From: an uncultured Gemmatimonadales bacterium
Lineage (GTDB): Bacteria; Gemmatimonadota; Gemmatimonadetes; Gemmatimonadales; GWC2-71-9
Length of the DNA stretch: 64,000 nt
Direction: 5' to 3'
Assembly (NCBI GenBank): GCA_963720365.1
Contig: CAVRFK010000003.1
Span: 32,381 to 96,380, forward strand
Each line of letters starts with the position of its first letter. Positions within the stretch are counted from its first letter, which is position 1. The notes under the pieces were generated by a model. That model searched no databases, had not been told where the DNA came from, and saw only the letters and a program-made list of their open reading frames with translations. Below, piece after piece: positions 1 through 9,837 of this stretch. A program made the position numbers and the translations under genes.

Positions 1-1496
1 TGCTTCCGGTTCACCACTTCGTCACCGAGCGCCGCCTCTACGAGGCCGGCCTGGTGAACTACTGGGGCTACGGCACCATCGGCTTCTTCGCTCCTGACGT
101 GCGCTACGCCAGCGGCGGCATCGGACAGCAGGTCGCCGAGTTCAAGACCATGGTGAAGCGGTTCCACCGCGCCGGCATCGAGGTCATCCTCGACGTGGTG
201 TACAACCACACCGCGGAGGGGAATCATCTCGGGCCCACGCTCTCGTTCCGCGGCATCGACAACGCGTCGTACTACCGGCTCGATCCGCAGAACCGCCGCT
301 TCTACGTGGACTACACCGGCACCGGCAATACGCTGGACATCCGACACTCGCGCACTCTTCAGCTGGTGATGGACAGCCTCCGCTACTGGGTGCAGGACAT
401 GCACGTGGACGGGTTCCGCTTCGACCTGGCGCCGGTCCTGGCCCGCGGCGACGTGGACGTCAGCCCGTTCGCGGAGTTCTTCGACGTGGTGCGGCAGGAC
501 CCGCTCGTCTCCAAGGTCAAGCTCATCGCGGAGCCGTGGGACCTCGGGCCCGGCGGCTATCAGGTGGGCCGCTTTCCCATCGGCTGGGGGGAGTGGAACG
601 GGAAGTACCGCGACAGCACGAGGCAGTACTGGCGCGGCGAGCCGGGGCAGGTGGGCGAGTTCGCCTCTCGGCTCGCCGGCAGCAGCGATCTCTTCGAGGC
701 GAGCCAGCGGAGCCCGCAGGCGAGCGTCAACTTCGTCACCTGCCACGACGGCTTCACCCTGCAGGACCTGGTGAGCTACGAGAGCAAGCACAACGAGGCC
801 AACGGCGAGGACAATCGCGACGGCACCGACGACAACCGAAGCCGCAACTGGGGCGTCGAGGGCCCGACCGAGGCGGTGCACGTGATCCGCATGCGGGAGC
901 GGATCAAGCGCAACCTCCTCGCCACGCTCGCGTTCTCCCAGGGCGTCCCGATGATCTCCCACGGCGACGAAGTGGGACGGACCCAGCAGGGGAACAACAA
1001 CGCCTACTGCCAGGACGGCCCGCTGACCTGGATCGATTGGCGGCTCACGCCGCTCCAGCGACAGCTCCTGGCGTTCACCCGCAGCGTCTTCGCCATCCGC
1101 TCGGCGAACGCGGTGCTCCGCCGGCGCAACTACTTCCGTCACCAGCCCGACCACCCGGGCGGCGCGAAGGATCTCACGTGGCTGCGTCCCGACGGCCAGG
1201 AGATGACCGAGGCCGACTGGGCCGATCCGAACAATCACGTGCTCGGCATGCTGATCCTCGGCGAAGCCACCGACGAGATGGACGAGCGGGGGCGGCGGCT
1301 CATGGGCGACGCGATCCTGCTGCTCACCAACGGCGGCGCCCGGTCCCGTCCCTTCACGCTGCCGATCATGGAGGCGCCTGGCGTGTGGAACGAGATTCTC
1401 AACACCGCGCATCCGGTCCCGCGCGTCATCCGCCAGGGCAAGCTGAGCGTCGTGGCGCATTCGATGATGCTGCTCCGATACGACCGTCCGCGGTAA
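1..1496 (+). CDS. treX: glycogen debranching enzyme, GlgX/TreX type (5' end upstream of window)
   Basis: Frame is open from base 3 (..LPVHHFVTERRLYEAGLVNYWGYGTIGFFAPDVRY..). GH13 debranching motifs present: VYNHTAEG, DGFRFDLA, EPWDLG. Stop at 1494-1496 directly abuts treY. Confidence 0.85.
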   Translation, partial: LPVHHFVTERRLYEAGLVNYWGYGTIGFFAPDVRYASGGIGQQVAEFKTMVKRFHRAGIEVILDVVYNHTAEGNHLGPTLSFRGIDNASYYRLDPQNRRFYVDYTGTGNTLDIRHSRTLQLVMDSLRYWVQDMHVDGFRFDLAPVLARGDVDVSPFAEFFDVVRQDPLVSKVKLIAEPWDLGPGGYQVGRFPIGWGEWNGKYRDSTRQYWRGEPGQVGEFASRLAGSSDLFEASQRSPQASVNFVTCHDGFTLQDLVSYESKHNEANGEDNRDGTDDNRSRNWGVEGPTEAVHVIRMRERIKRNLLATLAFSQGVPMISHGDEVGRTQQGNNNAYCQDGPLTWIDWRLTPLQRQLLAFTRSVFAIRSANAVLRRRNYFRHQPDHPGGAKDLTWLRPDGQEMTEADWADPNNHVLGMLILGEATDEMDERGRRLMGDAILLLTNGGARSRPFTLPIMEAPGVWNEILNTAHPVPRVIRQGKLSVVAHSMMLLRYDRPR

Positions 1497-1497
1497 T

Positions 1498-4353
1498 GTG
1501 GTGGCCGAGATCCGCGCGACGTACCGGCTCCAGCTGCACGCCGGCTTTCCGCTGTCCGCCGCCCGCGCGGTCGTCCCCTACCTGAGTCGGCTCGGCATCA
1601 GTCATCTCCACTGCTCCCCGATGCTCGAAGCCCGGCGGGGCAGCACCCACGGCTACGATGTAGTGAATCCCTGGCGCCTCGACCCCGAGCTGGGTGACGA
1701 GGCGGAGCTGGCCGCGCTCCACGCCGAGCTGGCGGAACGGGGCATGGGACTGGTGCTCGACATCGTGCCCAATCACATGGCCGCGTCGAGCGAGAATCCG
1801 GCGTGGGACGACGTGCTGGCGCACGGCCCCGCGTCGTCGTTCGCGCGCTGGTTCGACATCGACTGGCGCGCCACCGAGCGCGAGCTCCGCGGCCGGGTGC
1901 TCCTGCCGATCCTCGGCGGACCGCTGAGCGACGTCATCCGGGACGGACAGCTGGACCTGCGCCCGCGCGATGGCATCCCACGGCTCCGCTACTTCGAGCA
2001 CAGTCTGCCGCTCGATCCGTCCACCCTGCCCGTCGTGCTGGACGGCGCCGTGACGGCCGGATGCGCCGCCCTGTATCCGGAGCATCCCGCCTGCACCGAG
2101 CTCGCCGACATCGTGAAATCCCTCCGGCGGTTACCCCGCCGTGCCGCGCGACGCCCTACCGCGCTGGAGCGCCGGCGCGAGGCGGCGCCGACGATCCTCG
2201 GCCGGCTGTCCACGCTCGCGACAAGCGTGCCGGAGATCGCGAACGCTCTCGAGTCCGCCGCCGCGGAGTTCGTCACGGGTGAGGGAGGGGCCCGCCGGCT
2301 GCGCCGGCTGCTCGACGCGCAGGTGTACCGGCTGGCGCACTGGCGCCGCGCGGCCCGGGAGATCAACTACCGCCGCTTCTTCGACGTGAACGACCTGGTC
2401 GCGCTCCACATGGAGGACCCCGAGGTCTTCGAGCAGACCCACGCGCTGGTGCTCGACTGGCGACGCCGGGGCTGGGTGGACGGATTCCGGATCGACCATC
2501 CAGACGGGCTGCTCGATCCGCTCGGCTATTTCCAGCGGCTGGCGGACGCCGCATTCCCGGAGAGCCGGTCCGCCCCGCCGGTCTACGTCGAGAAGATCCT
2601 CACCCCCGCCGAGCCACTCCGGACCGACTGGCCGGTGGCCGGTACCACGGGATACGACTTTCTCAATCGCGCCGAGGCGCTGTTCATCGATCCGGCGGGT
2701 TACGCGAGCATCGAGGCGGATTACCGCCGCGCGATCCGGCAGCCGCTGGAGTTTTCCGCCATCGCACGTCAGGGCAAGCGGCTGGTGCTCGAAGGGGGGC
2801 TGTCCGCCGGAGTCCGCCGCCTGGCCGACAGACTGCTGCGGCTGTCAGGGCCCGGCGGCTTCCTCCCGGCGGTGACTCGTCAGGATCTGATCCGTGCCAT
2901 CGTGGATACGGTCGTGGGGTTGCCGGTGTACCGCACCTATGTGGATGCGCGCGCGCCGGTACCGGGCTCACCGGACCGCGAGCTGCTCGAAGGTGCGCTC
3001 GCGGATGCCCGCGCACGGGGACGCAACACGCCGGCCGCACTGGACCTGTTGGAGGCGGCGCTGCTCGGCCGGGAGGGCCCGATGCGGGCGTCCGAGCTGG
3101 AGCGCTTCCGGCTTCGCTTCGTCGAACGATTTCAGCAGCTCAGCGGCCCGGCGACGGCGAAGGGTGTCGAGGACACGGCGTTCTATGCCTACGCGCCGCT
3201 TCTCTCCAGGAATGAAGTGGGTGGTGGACCGGAGGCTTCGCTCTCGGACGCCAAGCCTGAGTTCCATCAGGCCAACGCCGTCGCCGCCAGGCGGTGGCCC
3301 GGTGGCATGCTCGCCGTGACGACCCACGACACCAAGCGCACCGCCGACGTCCGCGCGAGACTCGATGTCTTGAGCGAGATCCCCGAGGAGTGGGCCGAGC
3401 GGGTGCACGCTTGGCGGCGGCTCAATGTGGCCTTCAAGCAGACCCTGCGGGGGCGCCGGGTCCCGGAGCCCGCAACCGTCGTCCACATTCTCCAGGCGAT
3501 GGTGGGGATCTGGCCGCTCGACCCGCTCGGTGTGGGCGATCTGGATGTGCTGCGCGAGCGGCTCGGCGAGTACATGCTGAAAGCGGTGCGCGAGGCCAAG
3601 GTGCGCACGACCTGGACCGATCCGGACGAGGAGTACGAGCGCGCGCTGCTCGACGACATCGCGGCGCTGCTGGATCCGCACCGTTCGCCGCGCTTCCTCG
3701 ATGACCTCGAGCGCTTCGTCGCGCGCGTGGCGCACGCGGGTCTCTGGAACAGCCTCGCGCGCACCGTGCTGCAACTGGCGTCGCCCGGAATACCGGACAT
3801 CTACCAGGGCGACGAGCTCTGGAATTTCGCGCTGGTGGATCCGGACAACCGGCGGCCGGTGGATTTCACGCTCCGGGAGCGGCTGCTCGACGAAGTGGAG
3901 CGTGAAGCGACGGACAGCGCGCGCCGCGAAGGCTACCTCCGCTCGCTGATGGCCGCGCCCGACAACGGACGGCTCAAGCTCCACGTCCTCCGCGCGGGGC
4001 TCGCGGCTCGGCGCGAGCGGCCCGCGCCGTTTCGGTCGCCGCACTACGCGCCGCTGGATGCCTCCGGGCCGGCCGCGGAGCGCGTCATCGCCTTCGGCCG
4101 GGGGGACGACGGCGCCAGGATGATCGCCGTGGTGCCGCGGCTCATCGCCTCCCATGTGGTCGGCGGTGGCGCGCCGACCGACGCCGCGCTGTGGGAGGGC
4201 ACCACGCTCCGGCTCCCCGCCGGCTGGCCGTCGCGGTGGCGCTGTACGCTGAGCGGCGCCGCACTGCAGGCCGACGCCGCGGCCGGGTTGCGGGTATCGG
4301 ACCTCTTCGGCATCCTCCCGGTCGCGTTGCTGCTCGACGATTCCGCTTCCTGA
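1498..4353 (+). CDS. treY: maltooligosyl trehalose synthase
   Basis: 951-aa uninterrupted ORF with GTG start. N-terminus ATYRLQLHAGFPLSAARAVVPYLSRLGISHLHCSPMLEARRGSTHGYDV is the typical TreY signature. Follows treX with a 1-nt gap. Confidence 0.85.
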   Translation: MVAEIRATYRLQLHAGFPLSAARAVVPYLSRLGISHLHCSPMLEARRGSTHGYDVVNPWRLDPELGDEAELAALHAELAERGMGLVLDIVPNHMAASSENPAWDDVLAHGPASSFARWFDIDWRATERELRGRVLLPILGGPLSDVIRDGQLDLRPRDGIPRLRYFEHSLPLDPSTLPVVLDGAVTAGCAALYPEHPACTELADIVKSLRRLPRRAARRPTALERRREAAPTILGRLSTLATSVPEIANALESAAAEFVTGEGGARRLRRLLDAQVYRLAHWRRAAREINYRRFFDVNDLVALHMEDPEVFEQTHALVLDWRRRGWVDGFRIDHPDGLLDPLGYFQRLADAAFPESRSAPPVYVEKILTPAEPLRTDWPVAGTTGYDFLNRAEALFIDPAGYASIEADYRRAIRQPLEFSAIARQGKRLVLEGGLSAGVRRLADRLLRLSGPGGFLPAVTRQDLIRAIVDTVVGLPVYRTYVDARAPVPGSPDRELLEGALADARARGRNTPAALDLLEAALLGREGPMRASELERFRLRFVERFQQLSGPATAKGVEDTAFYAYAPLLSRNEVGGGPEASLSDAKPEFHQANAVAARRWPGGMLAVTTHDTKRTADVRARLDVLSEIPEEWAERVHAWRRLNVAFKQTLRGRRVPEPATVVHILQAMVGIWPLDPLGVGDLDVLRERLGEYMLKAVREAKVRTTWTDPDEEYERALLDDIAALLDPHRSPRFLDDLERFVARVAHAGLWNSLARTVLQLASPGIPDIYQGDELWNFALVDPDNRRPVDFTLRERLLDEVEREATDSARREGYLRSLMAAPDNGRLKLHVLRAGLAARRERPAPFRSPHYAPLDASGPAAERVIAFGRGDDGARMIAVVPRLIASHVVGGGAPTDAALWEGTTLRLPAGWPSRWRCTLSGAALQADAAAGLRVSDLFGILPVALLLDDSAS

Positions 4354-4368
4354 TTCCCGGAGCCCGTC

Positions 4369-5181
4369 ATGCGTCTTCACCCCGTTGACCCAGGCGTCGC
4401 GCCACCGCTCCGGGATGAGGACGCCCGGCTTCGCTCCGCTGAGGATGCCTCCAAGAAAGACCTGGACGAGGAGCTGGACCGACTCACCGAACGGCTCGAC
4501 GCGCTGCAGCAGGCGCTGCACGCGGAGGGCGCCCGCGCGGTGCTGGTCGTGCTGCAGGGCCGCGACGCCTCCGGCAAGGACGGGACCCTCCGGAAAGTCT
4601 TCGGCCCGCTCGATCCGCTCGGCGTCACCGCCACCAGCTTCAAGGCGCCGACCGAGCTGGAGCTACGGCACGACTACCTCTGGCGGGTGCACCAGGCCGT
4701 GCCGCCGCGCGGGGCCATCGGGATCTTCAACCGCTCCCATTACGAAGACGTGCTCGTGGTGCGCGTCCGCCGGCTGGTGCCTGAGTCGGTGTGGCGGGCG
4801 AGGTACGAGCAGATCAACCTGTTCGAGCGGATCCTGATCGAGAACGGCACCGTGATCCTCAAGTTCATGCTGCACATCTCGCGGGAGGAGCAGCGGGAGC
4901 GCCTGCTGGCGCGGCTGGAGGATCCGGAGAAGTACTGGAAGTTCAACGCGGGTGATCTGAAGGAGCGGGACCTCTGGGACGACTACACCGAGGCGTATCG
5001 GGAGATGATCCTGCGCACCAGCACCCCGGCGGCGCCGTGGTACGTCGTACCCGCGGATGCGAAGCGGGTCCGCGACGTCCTGGTGGCCCGCACGGTGACG
5101 GAGACACTGGAGCGCATGGACCCGCGGTATCCGGGGCCTCCCTCGGAGCTGGAGGCTCTGCGGAAGGCGTTGCGGCGTTGA
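4369..5181 (+). CDS. polyphosphate kinase 2 family protein (polyphosphate:nucleotide phosphotransferase)
   Basis: 270-aa ORF with PPK2 Walker A-like LVVLQGRDASGKDGTLRKVF, plus FNRSHYEDVLVVRV and WYVVPADAKRVRD motifs. Confidence 0.8.
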   Translation: MRLHPVDPGVAPPLRDEDARLRSAEDASKKDLDEELDRLTERLDALQQALHAEGARAVLVVLQGRDASGKDGTLRKVFGPLDPLGVTATSFKAPTELELRHDYLWRVHQAVPPRGAIGIFNRSHYEDVLVVRVRRLVPESVWRARYEQINLFERILIENGTVILKFMLHISREEQRERLLARLEDPEKYWKFNAGDLKERDLWDDYTEAYREMILRTSTPAAPWYVVPADAKRVRDVLVARTVTETLERMDPRYPGPPSELEALRKALRR

Positions 5182-5185
5182 GAGG

Positions 5186-5651
5186 CTAGATCCGGCCGTC
5201 CGGCCCGATGATCACGAAGGTGAGGGTGCCGCCCACCACGAAGAACGGTGCCTTGGTGCCGAGGTTGTCCTGCAGCGCCTTCATCAGCTTGGCATTGCTG
5301 GAGCTCAGCACCACGCCGAGCTGCATGGTGCCGCTCGGTCCGCCGCCGGGCGGAACGAAGTTGTCCCAGTCGAGCGTGTACTCCGGCTTGGAAAAGCTGA
5401 AGCCGACGGGCAGGTACTGCACCAGTGCCGGAGGAACCGTCCCGGCACCCGTCTCGTTGGGCCAGGCGCCGTGCTCGAACCAGGCGCTGTAGGCCGCCAG
5501 GCGCACCGCCTGGAGGTCGGCCGTCGCGCTGGCGGAGTAGGCCTTGTGCTTCAGGTCGATGTACTTGAGCAGCGCCAGGGTCGACAGGATGCCGAGCACG
5601 ATGACGACGATCAGGATCTCGATGAAGGTGAACCCCCGGCGACGCGCTCAT
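5186..5651 (-). CDS. type IV pilin / pseudopilin-like protein, frame broken inside the signal peptide
   Basis: ATG at 5651 (ATGA overlap with the stop of 5648..6184) encodes MSASPG. A run of 5 C (5634-5638, + strand) follows. Dropping one base joins it to FTFIEILIVVIVLGILSTLALL.. (G-1/F+1/E+5 prepilin signal), which continues as ORF 5186..5599. Confidence 0.7.
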
Positions 5652-6184
5652 GGGGTTCTCCGGGCAATCACTTCGAAGCTGTGGCCGAGAAAGCGGGGCA
5701 GGGGCTCGCCCGAGCCCAGGGTGAGCTCGATGCCTCCGTCAATGCCGATCAGGCGCCAGTCGGCAGAATCCAGCGGCTGGTAGTTCATGCCATCCACCTG
5801 CGCGCCGGCGTCGACGAGCGTGGCGGGCAGCTTGCCGGTCTGCGCCCGGTATCGCTCGATGTGCTGGGCGACGTTGGACATCCCGATCCGAAGGCTGGCC
5901 TCCTTGATCGCCACCGACTCGGTGCCGGTCGTGGGGAAGAGCCACTCCGGCCTCTGCAGATACAGATAGGCGCAGAGCGCGATGACCACGCCCATCAGCG
6001 CCAGCACGGCTGGACGCACGCCGCCGCGGTTCCGGCGCTGAGCCTCGGCCTCGCGCTGCTCGGCTTCGCGGTCCTGCGCCTGCTTCTTCAGGACGCCGTC
6101 GAACGCCTCGAGCAGCGCCTGCTTCTCAGGCGAGGCGCCGGGCGTAGTGGCGGTTCCGCTTTTCTCCTTGTTCATCGGGGCCAT
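5648..6184 (-). CDS. hypothetical single-pass membrane protein (pilus-module associated)
   Basis: 178-aa ORF with a charged Lys/Glu/Arg-rich N-terminus, one TM helix (VLALMGVVIALCAYLYL) and a periplasmic domain of about 100 aa. Sits between a CheY-like gene and the pilin. No family recognised. Confidence 0.5.
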   Translation of the reverse strand: MAPMNKEKSGTATTPGASPEKQALLEAFDGVLKKQAQDREAEQREAEAQRRNRGGVRPAVLALMGVVIALCAYLYLQRPEWLFPTTGTESVAIKEASLRIGMSNVAQHIERYRAQTGKLPATLVDAGAQVDGMNYQPLDSADWRLIGIDGGIELTLGSGEPLPRFLGHSFEVIARRTP

Positions 6185-6211
6185 GCCTGCGGTCGAGTGA
6201 GGTTCCGACGT

Positions 6212-6616
6212 TCAGTTCGAGACTTTCTCGCCGGCCAGTGCGCGGTGTACCATCTCGGGAAAGCCGCGGATGTCGATCGGCTTGGTGATGTAGCCGTCGA
6301 AGCCCGCATGCAGTGCCCGTTCCCGGTCGCCGCTCATCGCGTGCGCGGTCAGCGCCAGCACCCGAGCGCTGGCATGCGCTGAACCACGGATCTCGGCGAG
6401 CAACTCGAAACCGTCCTTGCCGGGAAGCTGGATGTCCATCAGCACCAGCTCGGGATCGATCCGGGCGATCGTGTCGAGCAGCCCTTCCCCACCGGGCAGT
6501 CCCGTGACCTCGTGACCCTTCAGGGTCAGGAGGGTCCGAAACAGCTTCATGTTGTCGGGACTGTCTTCGACGATCAGAATCCTCGCCACGATTTGCACTC
6601 CGGGGGCAAAATCCAC
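6212..6616 (-). CDS. single-domain response regulator (CheY/DivK-like receiver)
   Basis: 134-aa ORF. Receiver hallmarks: ILIVEDSPDN, LVLMDIQLPGKDG, LALTAHAM, GYITKPI. Confidence 0.8.
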   Translation of the reverse strand: MDFAPGVQIVARILIVEDSPDNMKLFRTLLTLKGHEVTGLPGGEGLLDTIARIDPELVLMDIQLPGKDGFELLAEIRGSAHASARVLALTAHAMSGDRERALHAGFDGYITKPIDIRGFPEMVHRALAGEKVSN

Positions 6617-6689
6617 GCCATCTCGCCCGAAATTCGGGTCTGGGCGCGGGTCGGAACCGGCTTGCCCCGTTGAAGAAACCCGCTGCGAA

Positions 6690-8886
6690 CTAGGAGCTTA
6701 CGCGCTTGAGCACCGCCCGGACTCGCGCCACCAGCGACCGGGTCTGCACCGGTTTGGTGAGGTAGTCGTGGGCGCCGAGATCCAAGGCCTTTTCCTCGGT
6801 CTCGCCGTGCTGTGCGGTCAACATGATCACCGGCAGGCAGGCGGTTTTCACCTGGGCCCGGAGCTCTTCCAGCACGCCCAGACCATCGAGCCGGGGCATG
6901 TCCACGTCCAGGATGACCAGGTCCACGCCGCCCTGCTGCGCCAGTTCCAGGGCATCCAGCCCGTCGGCGGCCTCCAGGACCTCGAACCCGTCGCGCTGGA
7001 GCACGCCGCGGATCAGGCGGCGCATCTGGGCATCGTCGTCCGCCACCAGGACCCGCACCGGGCCCGCTGCCTCCACCGGCGGCAGGGCGATCGGCAGGAT
7101 CGGCGCGGCGGCCGGCACGGACGCCGGCGCATGCGACTGACCTGTCGGAGCGACGGCGGGCCCGTCGTCCTGCACCCGCTCGCCCAGCACCCGGATCACT
7201 TCCTCCAGCGACGTCGTACCCTCGTAGACCCGCTCGAGCCCGCTCTCCCAGAGCGTGTACATCCCGATCTTCCGCGCCGCGGCGGTCAGCACGTCGGGCA
7301 GCGCGCCCTGGTCGATCAAGCGGGCGACGTGTTCGTCCACCGGCATGATCTCGAGGATCGCCGTCCGGCCGCGATAGCCGATGCCGTCGCAGGCCTTGCA
7401 GCCCACCGCGCGGCGGGTGACGACGTCCTTCCGGCTCGCGGGCGGCCGCGCGTCGGCCGGAAGCGCCGAGACCGGGATCGTCTCCGCGCACTTGAGACAG
7501 AGCTTCCGCACCAGTCGCTGCGCCACGACGCCCTTCAGCACCGCCGCGATCTTGAAGGCGTCGATCCCCATATCGCGCAGCCGCATGACCGCCGACGGCG
7601 CGTCGTTGGTGTGCAGGGTCGAGAGCACGAAGTGGCCGGAGAAGCCCGCCTGTACCGCGGTGGTCGCCGTCTCGAAGTCACGGATCTCGCCGACCAGCAC
7701 GATGTCCGGGTCCTGCCGCAGCACCGAGCGGAGCGCCTTGGCGAAGGTGAGCCCCTGCGCCTCGTTCACCTGAATCTGCGAGATCCCCGCGACGTCATAC
7801 TCCACCGGGTCCTCGACCGTCACGATGTTGACCTTGCCCGTCCGCAGCTCGTTGAGCGCGGCGTAGAGCGTGGTCGTCTTGCCGCTGCCGGTCGGACCGG
7901 TCACCAGCATCATGCCCTCGCGGTGGCCCATCAGGCGCCGCATGACGTCCAGCTCGCGGTCCGGCAGACCCAGGTCTCCAAGGGTCCCGCGCAGGTTGGT
8001 CTTGTCGAGAATCCGGATGACGACCTTCTCGCCCCGGCGCGCGACGGGGATCGTGGAGACGCGGAGATCCACGACCTGATCGTCCACCCGGGCGGTGGCG
8101 CGGCCGTCATGCGGGCCGGAGCGGGTCGGTCACGTCGAGCTTGGCCCAGACCTTCACTCGCCGGACCAGCGCGGAGCCGGCGGAGGCGGGGAGGCGCATG
8201 ACTTCGCGCAGCACGCCATCGACCCGGTAGCGCACCACCACGCCGCCCTCGGTGGGCTCGGCGTGAATGTCGCTCGCGCCTTCGCGGACGCCGTCGCTGA
8301 TCATCGCGTCCACCAGCTTCGCGACCGGCGCGTCGAGCGCGGTATCACCGCCGCCCGCCTGCGTCGTCGCGGCATCCACCGCCTCGATCCGGGCCGGCTC
8401 CAAGCCGCCGAGGATCCGCTGGATGGCGCGCTCGGGGCGGTACATCTCGTCCAGCCGCGCGGCCAGCGCGGCAGGCGACGCGATCTGGAAGACCACGTCC
8501 CGGCCGGTGACGAAGCGAAGCGTCTGCTCCAGGTCGAGGTTGCGCGGATCGGCCGTGGCGACCCGGATGACCCGGTCGTCGGCGGAGATGGGAACGACCT
8601 GGTGCTTCCGGGCCAGCGCCTCGGGCAGCAGCGTGATGGTGCGGCTGTCGGCGGTCGCGAGATCGGCGGCCGCCACCCGATAGGCGCGCGAAACTGCCGC
8701 GACGATCGCCGCGTCGGCCACGCCGTCGGCTACGGCGGCGACCCACAGCGAGCCACCGTCCCGCTCGGCCAGGCGCTCGGCCTGACGGGGCGTGAGCACG
8801 CCGTTCGCGACCAGGAGAGGTCCCAGCCATGAATCGTCGGAGACGGGTTTTTGCGCGCGCGGAGCGCGTTGAGAATCAATTGCCAT
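6690..8886 (-). CDS. GspE/PilB-family secretion ATPase with N-terminal T2SSE_N-like domain and C-terminal receiver domain; one frame break
   Basis: N-part in ORF 8107..9090 from ATG 8886 (..DIHAEPTEGGVVVRYRVDGVLREV..KLDVTDPLRP). C-part in ORF 6690..8087 (HDGRATARVDDQVVDLRVSTIPV, Walker A GPTGSGKTTT, DPDIVLVGEIRD, CxxC..CxxC). C-terminal REC: VLVADDD..LVILDVDMPRLDG..DYLTKP. One extra base near 8110-8116. Confidence 0.8.
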
Positions 8887-8987
8887 ATCGGTACGTTGCT
8901 GGCCTGTTCTCTGGTCACCAACGGCGGCCGCTGCCGCCTCATCCGGGCGGGAGTCTCGGCGTGCCGAATTCCAGGGGCTCCTGATCA

Positions 8988-9837
8988 GTGCGCCCATCCT
9001 CGCTGGCGGTGATCGGTCTGGGCGCGATCGGCGGATCGCTCGCCTGGCAGTCCCGCCTCGCCGGCGTGCCCCGCGTCGTAGGCTACTCACCCTCGCGTGC
9101 CGAGGGGGTGGCGGCGTTGAAGGCCTCCGCCATCTCCGAGATTGCCGACAGCCCAGTCAAGGCGGTGCGTGGCGCGGATCTGGTCGTTCTGGCCGTGCCG
9201 CCCGCCCCGACCCTCGATCTTATCGGCCGGTTGGCCCGTTCCCTTGAGTCCGGCGCCGTCCTGACCGACGTCTGCAGCGTCAAAACGCGCGGTCATGGCC
9301 GCCGCGGCCGACTCCGGCATCGGCGACCACTTCGCCGGGTCCCACCCGCTGGCCGGGACCCATGTCTCCGGCTTCGAGGGGGCGAGTCCCGACCGGCTGC
9401 GGGGCTGCGTGGTCTACGTCTGCGAGACCGGTAGCCCCAATGGGCCGCAGACCGCCCGGGGGGTGATGCGGTTCTGGGAGGAGGTCCTGGAGGCGCAGCC
9501 CATCCTCATCGATGCCGCCGCGCACGACCGCCAGCTCGCCTGGACCAGCCACCTTCCCCAGGCTGTGGCGTTCGCATTGGCCAAGGCGCTCTCGGACCGG
9601 CAGCTCGGCGGGGTCACCTACGGCACCGGGGCCCGGGACACCACCCGGCTGGCCGCGAGCAATCCGGACCTGTGGGTGGACATCCTGCTGCAGAACCGGG
9701 ACCACGTGGTTGAGGCCCTCGGCAGCGTGGCAACCGAGGTGGACGACCTGCGGCAACTGCTCCGGGCAGGCGATCGGCAAGGGTTGGAGCTCTATCTGGA
9801 GACCGCCCGCGTATTCCGGCTCGGCCTCGACCGATGA
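8988..9837 (+). CDS. tyrA: prephenate/arogenate dehydrogenase, one frame break
   Basis: ORF 8988..9434 (GTG start; AVIGLGAIGGSLA Rossmann motif, VLTDVCSVKTR) joins ORF 9295..9837 (..FAGSHPLAGT..AAAHDRQLAWTSHLPQ) after removing one base near 9287-9294. ATGA overlap with aroA. Confidence 0.75.

Noticed and set aside
4354-5181. Missing treZ after treX-treY as a pathway anomaly
   Set aside because: treZ may lie upstream of the window, since treX is cut at the edge. Absence cannot be judged from this fragment.
5645-5653. In-frame TGA between 5648..6184 and the pilin body, as selenocysteine or programmed readthrough
   Set aside because: A fusion would bury the prepilin signal internally. An ATG overlapping the TGA, plus a one-base correction in the adjacent G5 run, gives a perfect short leader. 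No SECIS-like context was noticed.
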